Part shown: positions 8,360-14,843 of the stretch, in pieces
How the letters are laid out: every line of letters begins with the position of its first letter
Numbering within the stretch: the first letter of the stretch is position 1
Assembly: GCA_037133055.1 (NCBI GenBank)
Contig: JBAXOY010000041.1
Coordinates: 1-24,747 of the forward strand
Direction of reading: 5' to 3'
DNA: 24,747 nucleotides
DNA from: Chlamydiota bacterium
Lineage (GTDB): Bacteria > Auribacterota > Tritonobacteria > UBA1439
Program-made: the position numbers and the translations under genes
The notes under the pieces: model-generated
Database searches by the model: none
What the model saw: only the letters and a program-made list of their open reading frames with translations
What the model was told of the DNA's origin: nothing

Positions 8360-9856
8360 TACCTCCGTATGCTGTTCCCTAACAAGCATCTGGCTTACTG
8401 CTCTCAGTACGCTCTATTCTGAAACGTGCATGCCGGCATTCATGCCTTCATCAACTTGGGATGACTCAACCGGTCACGTTATGATTTCGCATGTCATCAG
8501 ACAGTGGGGGTCAAAGAAATATTTTTCATTTCTCGATATCACTTTTATACCAATCGTGTGCACGCCTGATCCTATTTTATCTATCGGTATGAGCGCCTTA
8601 AACCCGCAATTCCTGTTTATACACGAATGTAATTCTTCGGAAATATCATCTCGGGGAAAACCATAGAGAGCCGGAAAGAGCCTTCCGTCAATATCGATGA
8701 CCGCCCCACCTGCACTATCACGGACACTGTCGTCGACAGCCCATCCGGAGAGGATGATTTCATCGGAATCGTATATCTGCACAACCCGCGTCTTGGAGAT
8801 GTCGAGCTCATTCAATCTGGAATAACCACAACGTGTTGTTGATCCCCATTTCTTTTTGAGCTGAGAAATATCAGCAGATGCTTTTATATCGGCTTGCGGC
8901 GAGTAGGTTAAATAATCCTGCTTCAATGGCGAGACACGTACGTTTCCGCTGTCCATAAATGGGACTATAACTGCGAGCCATCCAGTGAGATAGCGGGCAG
9001 CATAAGGAACATTGTTACGGGCAAAAAAATCATTGATGGCTTTTGGGACCTCCCCAACGCGACCAACCGTCTTTACTCTGGCATGCTTGACACACTCTCC
9101 ACTAAACTCATGACTGAAAATGACCCCTTCCCTTCTGATCGAAGCGAAGACATTCTGCAGCACATCTGACACTGACTTCCCCAAATCGACATCAAGCCAT
9201 AGGAGGCAAAGGGGTTGATTAAAACCACGCAGCGATTCTTCGTACCATCCCGGAACAAAAGAGACACAGTCAATTCGACCCAGAGTATTGATGGTATTTC
9301 TTACGGATTCCATTCCCCCCGAGCTGAATTCGTGCTTATGGTAAAAGACGCTCCCCACGTCCGGCAGTCCTTGAAAAGAATCTGCTATAATAAGCTGTCT
9401 TCCCAGAAAACTGCACGCCCAGCTCAAGCAGCAGGAAGAGAATCCCCTAAAACAGCCGCACTCGAGTATATCTCCCTGTATACCATAGCTATCCAGATAA
9501 TAGAGGTACCTGGCAATCGACATCATCTCTTCCACAGTCGTCGTCACGGCTGCTTTATCGATTTCACTCCGGCTATCAGGATTCTCCCTTTCGAAGAGAT
9601 GTCGTATGGCATGGAAAATGTTCGACATCGTCGATAAATAGAACACGTATCTTCTTATCGCCGCACTTTCATAGATGCCTTCTCGGATCATCCACGTTTC
9701 AAAACCAATGTCGATATCCCGGGAATCCCCTTTGTTGATACTGTGACTTCCGGAGCCGAGTATCGCATTGGCAAATTCGAGCGCTGCATCTTTTTTCTTC
9801 TCAACGAAATCCACAATATCACGGGGATAAATCACTTCGTCCCTCCCGGATTAGGA
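8319..9856. mobile_element. low-GC genomic islet inserted in the fprA 5' end (no integrase inside)
   Basis: bounded by direct repeats of fprA 5' sequence; hand-counted GC 20/60 (line 8521) and 29/60 (line 9361) versus 43/60 in hcp (line 10261). Confidence 0.75.
8474..9835 (-). CDS. TylF/MycF/NovP-family O-methyltransferase with a C-terminal beta-rich (Ig-like) domain
   Basis: GIQGDILECGCFRGFS, DSFQGLP, VPGWYEESL, LLWLDVDL; C-terminal LSGWAVD...RDDI...GF...GVHTI; GTG start with GGAGGG RBS. Confidence 0.8.
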   Translation of the reverse strand: MIYPRDIVDFVEKKKDAALEFANAILGSGSHSINKGDSRDIDIGFETWMIREGIYESAAIRRYVFYLSTMSNIFHAIRHLFERENPDSRSEIDKAAVTTTVEEMMSIARYLYYLDSYGIQGDILECGCFRGFSSCCLSWACSFLGRQLIIADSFQGLPDVGSVFYHKHEFSSGGMESVRNTINTLGRIDCVSFVPGWYEESLRGFNQPLCLLWLDVDLGKSVSDVLQNVFASIRREGVIFSHEFSGECVKHARVKTVGRVGEVPKAINDFFARNNVPYAARYLTGWLAVIVPFMDSGNVRVSPLKQDYLTYSPQADIKASADISQLKKKWGSTTRCGYSRLNELDISKTRVVQIYDSDEIILSGWAVDDSVRDSAGGAVIDIDGRLFPALYGFPRDDISEELHSCINRNCGFKALIPIDKIGSGVHTIGIKVISRNEKYFFDPHCLMTCEIIT

Positions 9857-9966
9857 TTGTAGGTGGTGCCGCGCGTCGCGTAGCCGTGGAAATCGCGCAC
9901 CGCCCCGACCCAGTACACCCGGTCGGTCACCCGCACCGCGCTGAAAACACCCTGTGGGTCCGTCAT
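9832..9966 (-). pseudogene. displaced 5' remnant of fprA (44-aa ORF)
   Basis: my translation MTDPQGVFSAVRVTDRVYWVGAVRDFHGYATRGTTYNPNPGGTK* aligns with the FprA N-terminus; absent from the ORF track. Confidence 0.85.
9857..9925. repeat. direct repeat, copy within the fprA remnant (69 bp)
   Basis: partner of 8235-8318. Confidence 0.9.
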
Positions 9967-9982
9967 GCCGTCCGTAAGTATA

Positions 9983-11647
9983 TCACGATTCGAGCGCCGC
10001 TTTCAGGTCCCGCGCCGGGTCGTCGGATATCGGCATGATGTTGAACTTCTCCACCAGCACCTTCAGTATCCCCGGCGTCACGAACGCCGGGAGCGACGGC
10101 CCGAGGCGCATATCCCTGATTCCCAGGTACAGCAGCGAGAGGAGGATCGCCACCGCCTTCTGCTCGTACCAAGAGAGGACGAAGGTGAGCGGCAGGTCGT
10201 TGACGCCGCAGGTGAAGGCGCCGGCGAGCGCCTGGGCAACCCGGACGGCCGAGTAGGCGTCGTTGCACTGCCCCATGTCGAGCAGCCTCGGGACGCCCCC
10301 GATCTTGCCCGCGTCGAGCGTGTTGAAGCGGTACTTGCCGCAGGCGAGCGTGAGGATGACGCAGTCCTTCGGCACGAGCTCCGCGAACCGCGTGTAGTAG
10401 TTCCGGCCCGGCTTCGCGCCGTCGCAGCCGCCGATGAGGAAGAAGCGTTTGATCGCGCCGGACTTCACCGCGTTGATCACCGTCTCGGCCACGCCCAGCA
10501 CGGCCTCGTGCCCGAAGCCGACCGTGATCTTCTTCGCCGGCGCCTCCTCGAACCCCGCCAGTTCCTTCGCCTTCGCGATCACCGCGGAGAAGTCCTTGGG
10601 GCGGCCGTCCCTCCCGTCGGGGATGTGCGCCGCCCCCGGCCACGCGACGAGCCCCGTGGTGAAGATCCGATCGCGGTAGGAGACCGCCGGCCTCTGGATG
10701 CAGTTCGTGGTCATCAGCACCGCCGCGGGCGCCGCCGCGAACTCCTTCTGCTGGTTCTGCCAGGCGGTCCCGTAGTTCCCGGCGAGGTGCCCGCGCTTCT
10801 TCAGTTTCGGGTAGCTGTGCGCCGGGAGCATCTCCCCGTGCGTGTAGACGTTGACGTCGGTCCCCTCCGTCTGCTCCAGCAGTTGCTCGAGGTCCAGGAG
10901 GTCGTGGCCGCTCACGATGATCGCGGGGCCCTTTCTCGTCCCGAGGAACACGGCCGTGGGGACCGGCACGCCGAACCGCGCGCGGTGCGCCTGGGAGAGG
11001 AGCTCCATCGTCGCGATGGTGGTCTTCCCGCACTCCATGACGAGCCCGACAAGCTCGTCGGCGCCAACCGTCCCCTCCGCGAGCGCGGCGAGCGCCTTGT
11101 GGATGCCGTCGAAGACGGCGTCAGAGTCGCTGCCGAGGATGTGGGCGTGGTCGGCGTAGGCAGACACGCCTTTGAGGCCGAAGAGGAGCAGGTGCTCGAG
11201 CGAGCGGAGATCCGCGTTCTCGGGGCGGTCGGACGGGAGGCCGACCCTCGCCGCCTCGGCGAGGAGGTTGGCGCGCGTCTTCCCCGGCTCCCACGCCGCC
11301 GCCGCGGGGATCTCCCGGGGGACCTGCGCGCTCGCCTTCGCGGCAAGCGCGCGCGCGGCGCCCTTTACCCGCGCGGCCTCCCGGAGCAGGCCCTCGATCC
11401 TCGCGGGGTCGAAATCCACGTTGGTGATCGTGCTGAAGAGGGCACGGACGGTGAATACCCCTATCGCCCTGTCGCGCGCCCCCTTCCCGGCGGCGAGGTG
11501 CGCGTACCACCCGATCCCCTTCGCCGCGTGGACGAGCAGGTCCTGGAGAGCCGCGGTCTCCGGATCCTTTCCGCAGACGCCCTGGACGGTGCACCCCGTC
11601 CCCTTCGCCGTCTGTTCACACTGGTAGCAGAACATTCCCTGTGCCAT
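9983..11647 (-). CDS. hcp: hybrid cluster protein (hydroxylamine reductase / NO detoxification)
   Basis: MFCYQCEQT...C...GVCGK, SGHDL, THGEMLPAH, TTNC, GGCDG, LACGKYRF, GQCNDAYS, SWYEQKA; AAGGAGG RBS before ATG 11647. Confidence 0.97.
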   Translation of the reverse strand: MAQGMFCYQCEQTAKGTGCTVQGVCGKDPETAALQDLLVHAAKGIGWYAHLAAGKGARDRAIGVFTVRALFSTITNVDFDPARIEGLLREAARVKGAARALAAKASAQVPREIPAAAAWEPGKTRANLLAEAARVGLPSDRPENADLRSLEHLLLFGLKGVSAYADHAHILGSDSDAVFDGIHKALAALAEGTVGADELVGLVMECGKTTIATMELLSQAHRARFGVPVPTAVFLGTRKGPAIIVSGHDLLDLEQLLEQTEGTDVNVYTHGEMLPAHSYPKLKKRGHLAGNYGTAWQNQQKEFAAAPAAVLMTTNCIQRPAVSYRDRIFTTGLVAWPGAAHIPDGRDGRPKDFSAVIAKAKELAGFEEAPAKKITVGFGHEAVLGVAETVINAVKSGAIKRFFLIGGCDGAKPGRNYYTRFAELVPKDCVILTLACGKYRFNTLDAGKIGGVPRLLDMGQCNDAYSAVRVAQALAGAFTCGVNDLPLTFVLSWYEQKAVAILLSLLYLGIRDMRLGPSLPAFVTPGILKVLVEKFNIMPISDDPARDLKAALES

Positions 11648-11661
11648 CGTGTTCCTCCTTG

Positions 11662-11706
11662 TCAAACGGCTTGAACCGTTTGAACTGTTCCAACCGCTTG
11701 AACCTT
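11662..11706. repeat. degenerate 9-bp tandem repeat x5
   Basis: TCAAACGGC TTGAACCGT TTGAACTGT TCCAACCGC TTGAACCTT; includes the dyad TCAAACGG-N6-CCGTTTGA. Confidence 0.75.
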
Positions 11707-12013
11707 ATTCTGGTTCAGGTACACCCCCTGAAGATGCCGCATTGTCTCGTGGAACCTCCCGTGCGTCCCCGCCCAGCCCCTTTTTCGCACGGAGGTAGCG
11801 CGCGTACAACTCCTCCCCCACGCACTCCCTGGCCGCCGCGCACCACTCGATGCACGCGGGGGGCATCTCCCGGCTCACGGGGCTCCCGCACGACGGGCAC
11901 CGGACTTCCCCCTCGTCCGGCCATATCTCGACCTTCCTGCCGCACCCGCAGGGGACCTCGTCGGGAAACGACGCCCTGATCCTCTCCGCCCCCGGGCACT
12001 TGAACCCGCTCAT
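11705..12013 (-). CDS. small Cys-rich zinc-ribbon/Fe-S-type protein
   Basis: MSGFKCPG...CGCGRKVEIWPDE...CPSCG...CIEWCAAARECVG; ATG 12013 overlaps the upstream stop (ATGA); it is the 3' part of track ORF 11705..12811. Confidence 0.8.
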   Translation of the reverse strand: MSGFKCPGAERIRASFPDEVPCGCGRKVEIWPDEGEVRCPSCGSPVSREMPPACIEWCAAARECVGEELYARYLRAKKGLGGDAREVPRDNAASSGGVPEPE

Positions 12014-12846
12014 TTCCTCTCTCCCCGAAGACTTATTTCGACTTCGTGAAAAGGAATATTCGCGCCGGATGCTTTCACGGCCTCGCGCACGAGCTGCACG
12101 AGCCCGAAGCAGCACGGCACCTCCATGCGCGCGACCGTCACCGACCTGATCCCGCTCCGCCTGAATATCTCCTCGAACTTCTCCCGGTACGCGTCCGTGT
12201 CGTCGAGCTTCGGGCAGCCCACCAGGAGCGCCTTCCCCGCGAGCAGCTCGTCGTGGAAGCCCGCGAAGGCGAACGGCACGCAGTCGGCCGCGACGAGAAG
12301 ATCGGCCCCTTTCAGGAACGGCGCCGCGGGCGGCACGAGGTGTATCTGGACCGGCCACTGCCCGAGCCGGGACTGCGCCGCAGGCCCTTTGGGGCGGGCC
12401 GCCTCCGGGCCCTTCCCGAAATCCACCACCCGGGCTCCCGGGCACCCGCATGGTTCGGGCCTTTTGGACCCGCCGGCGGACGGGGCTTTTTCGTTCCCGG
12501 GGATATCGATCTTGTTTTCTCTCAGATATGCCAGCGCCTCCCCGAGATACCCGCCCCGGCCGTGATCCCGAAGGTGCGCGAGGTGCGCGCGTATCACGTT
12601 CTCCCCGCCGCGCGCGATGTTCTCCATCACCCTTCCCTCGTCGTACTCCTCCGCCTCGCGCTCCTCGAACGACAGCGCCCCCTCGGGGCAGTGCCCGATG
12701 CAGGCGCCGAGGCCGTCGCAGAAGAGATCGCTCACGACGCGCGCCTTCCCGTCGATGACCCGGAGCGCACCCTCGGGGCAGTTCGGGATGCAGAGCCCGC
12801 AGCCGTTGCACTTCGCCTCGTCAATTTGTATGATGCTTCTTTTCAT
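12010..12846 (-). CDS. 4Fe-4S dicluster ferredoxin-domain protein of the type commonly found beside hcp
   Basis: CNGCGLCIPNCP and CDGLGACIGHCP; CGCPG, QWPVQ, AADC, GCPKLD, MEVPCC. Confidence 0.88.
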   Translation of the reverse strand: MKRSIIQIDEAKCNGCGLCIPNCPEGALRVIDGKARVVSDLFCDGLGACIGHCPEGALSFEEREAEEYDEGRVMENIARGGENVIRAHLAHLRDHGRGGYLGEALAYLRENKIDIPGNEKAPSAGGSKRPEPCGCPGARVVDFGKGPEAARPKGPAAQSRLGQWPVQIHLVPPAAPFLKGADLLVAADCVPFAFAGFHDELLAGKALLVGCPKLDDTDAYREKFEEIFRRSGIRSVTVARMEVPCCFGLVQLVREAVKASGANIPFHEVEISLRGERK

Positions 12847-13270
12847 CGCCGTTGTCTCCCGCGTAGAGGTCCGCCAGCGCGGACAGCTTCGTTCCCGAAA
12901 GGTACCCCACGAGCTGCGCGTTCACTTTTTTCAAAAGCCCTCCGAGGATGCACCGCGGCGCCCCGCACCCCGGCGCGTCGAAGAGGCACCCGCTCGCGCA
13001 GTGGCGCCCCTCGATCGTCTCGTAGACGTCGAGCAGCGTGATCTTCCCCGGGCTCTTCGATAGGATGAATCCGCCGCGCGGCCCCCGTATGGAATTCACC
13101 AGTCCGGCCTTCGCGAGGCGCTGGAGGACCTTCGAGAGATGCGCCCCGGACGCCTTGAGTCGGGCTGCCGCCCTTCCCGTGGAAAGGGGCTTTCGCGACT
13201 CCGCCGCCATGAGGACCATGACGTGCATCGCGAGCGCGGCGGCTTCCGAGATCCTTATCATCTTCGCCAT
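12821..13270 (-). CDS. Rrf2-family transcriptional regulator with C-terminal cysteines
   Basis: HLSKVLQRLAKAGLVNSIRGPRGGF, ITLLDVYETIEG, C..GCLF...C...C. Confidence 0.93.
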   Translation of the reverse strand: MAKMIRISEAAALAMHVMVLMAAESRKPLSTGRAAARLKASGAHLSKVLQRLAKAGLVNSIRGPRGGFILSKSPGKITLLDVYETIEGRHCASGCLFDAPGCGAPRCILGGLLKKVNAQLVGYLSGTKLSALADLYAGDNGDEKKHHTN

Positions 13271-13290
13271 GCGGGGCGCTCCTTTTCCAT

Positions 13291-13316
13291 TAAACAGGTA
13301 CCACTATACCTGATTA
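13291..13316. promoter_or_regulatory. palindromic operator, probable Rrf2 autoregulatory site
   Basis: TAAACAGGTA-ccacta-TACCTGATTA, 9 of 10 dyad positions match, overlapping the -10. Confidence 0.7.
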
Positions 13317-13330
13317 TGTTTTCCTGTCAA
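13303..13330 (-). promoter_or_regulatory. sigma70-type promoter of the Rrf2-hcp unit
   Basis: minus strand TTGACA (13330-13325), 16-bp spacer, TATAGT (13308-13303); AAAGGAG RBS. Confidence 0.7.
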
Positions 13331-13391
13331 CATATTTTTTCGCGGCCTCGGGGTTGGGGGCACATCGTTACTCTTCTGTGACGGAGCGCGT

Positions 13392-14639
13392 CTAATGAGC
13401 GGCGGCGTTCGTGCCGGCGAGGTATCCGGAGGTGAAGGCGAACTGGAGGTTGAAGCCGCCGCAGTCGCCGTTGATGTCGAGCATCTCCCCCGCGAAGTAG
13501 AGCCCCTTGACGAGTCTCGACTCCATCGTCCTTCCCTCGACCTCCGCCGTGCGCACCCCGCCAGAGGTAACCTGCGCGTCCCTGAAGCCGCGCGTCGCGG
13601 TGATCTTCAGCTCGAGGCCGGTCAGGATGTCCACGATGCGGGAGCGGTCCGTCCGCGTCACCTTGTCGGAGGGCATCTCCTCGTCCATCCCGAGCACGTT
13701 CCTGAAAAGCACCTGGGGCAGCTTCTTCGGGAGGATCCCCATCAAACTGTTGCCGAGGGAGCGTTTCGGATTGTTCTTCCAGAGGGAGAGGATCTTCCCC
13801 TCCACCTCTTTGCGTGGCAGCCCGGGAAAGAAGTTGATCCTGAGCGCCGTCTCCATCCCCGGTAGCCCGCGCGTGACGAAGCTGCTCACGTGGAGCACCG
13901 CGGGGCCGGAGACGCCGTAGTGCGTGAAGAGGAGTTCATCCGTCGCGGACGCGACGGGCTTCCCTCCCTGAGTCGCCTTCACCCCCGCGCGCGCCTTCAC
14001 TCCCTGGAGGTCGAAGAGCGATTTGTCCCCGATCTCGAGCGCGACGAGCGCGGGTGACGGCGGGACGATCGTGTGACCGAAAGCCTTTGCGAACGAGTAG
14101 CCGTCCTCGCACGCGCCGAGCTGCGGATAGGCGGGCCCGCCCGTCGCGACTACCAGCGCGCGGGAGGTGAAGGTCTTGCCGCCGGAGCAGCGGGCGGAAA
14201 ATTCACCGCCCTTTCCCCGGGCAACCCCCTCGACCCGGACACCGGGCACGACCTCCACGCCGCACCGCCCGACCTCCTCTTTCAGGACATCCACGATCGT
14301 GGATGCCTGGTCGGTGACGGGGAAGATGCAGCCCTGATCCTCTTCCTTGAACTCGACCCCGCGCTCCCCGAACCATGCGAGCAGGTCGTCGTTCGTGAAC
14401 CGCGGCAGGACATTGTGGAGGAAGCGCGTGTCCTCGCCGTGGTAGCGCTCGAGGGCGATGCGGCGGTTGCTGATGTTGCACCGGCCGTTACCGGTCTTCC
14501 CGAGCTTACGTCCGAGCATGTGGTTGTGCTCGATAAGGCAGACACGGCGGGTTTTCCCGTCATGCCGGGCGGCGGTGACGGCGGTGAAGATCCCGGCGGG
14601 GCCGCCGCCGATGACGAGGATGTCGGCATGGTCGGGCAT
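13392..14639 (-). CDS. HI0933/YhiN/BaiN-family flavoprotein (NAD(P)/FAD-dependent oxidoreductase)
   Basis: VIGGGPAG, GRKL..TGNGRCN, ATGG..YP..G, LLFTHYGVSGP, AQVTSGGV, GLYFAGE.LD..G.CGGFNLQ.AF.SG; start reassigned to 14639. Confidence 0.93.
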   Translation of the reverse strand: MPDHADILVIGGGPAGIFTAVTAARHDGKTRRVCLIEHNHMLGRKLGKTGNGRCNISNRRIALERYHGEDTRFLHNVLPRFTNDDLLAWFGERGVEFKEEDQGCIFPVTDQASTIVDVLKEEVGRCGVEVVPGVRVEGVARGKGGEFSARCSGGKTFTSRALVVATGGPAYPQLGACEDGYSFAKAFGHTIVPPSPALVALEIGDKSLFDLQGVKARAGVKATQGGKPVASATDELLFTHYGVSGPAVLHVSSFVTRGLPGMETALRINFFPGLPRKEVEGKILSLWKNNPKRSLGNSLMGILPKKLPQVLFRNVLGMDEEMPSDKVTRTDRSRIVDILTGLELKITATRGFRDAQVTSGGVRTAEVEGRTMESRLVKGLYFAGEMLDINGDCGGFNLQFAFTSGYLAGTNAAAH

Positions 14640-14645
14640 GGGAGT

Positions 14646-14674
14646 ACTATAATATGGATGCGGGAGCGTGTCAA
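14646..14674 (-). promoter_or_regulatory. sigma70-type promoter, likely giving a leaderless transcript
   Basis: minus strand TTGACA (14674-14669), 17-bp spacer, TATAGT (14651-14646), 6 nt, then ATG. Confidence 0.7.
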
Positions 14675-14711
14675 AGGTGGGAGGAAGCAGGGAGGGGGCC
14701 ACGCCCGTCGC

Positions 14712-14739
14712 CCCAGGGCACACTTAAGTGTGCCCTGGG
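14712..14739. repeat. perfect 28-bp palindrome, copy 1
   Basis: CCCAGGGCACACTTAAGTGTGCCCTGGG. Confidence 0.95.
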
Positions 14740-14843
14740 ACTGTGAATAATTTTTGGGCCGGAATGAGGGGGCAAACTCCCGGCAAAAAGATCATCACTT
14801 TTCCATCCCCCGTGCTACAATACCGGCCCTCCGGAGCATGTGT

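Noticed and set aside
9977..9985. Extended -10-like TGaTATACT overlapping the hcp stop, upstream of the fprA remnant
   Set aside because: No supporting -35 and it may be coincidental with the stop codon. It needs TSS data.
7157..11674. Long + strand ORFs 7157..8422 and 9965..11674
   Set aside because: Antisense shadows of fprA and hcp.
12014..12811. N-terminal 266 aa of track ORF 11705..12811
   Set aside because: Alternative frame over the 4Fe-4S gene. Only the part from ATG 12013 looks like a real protein.
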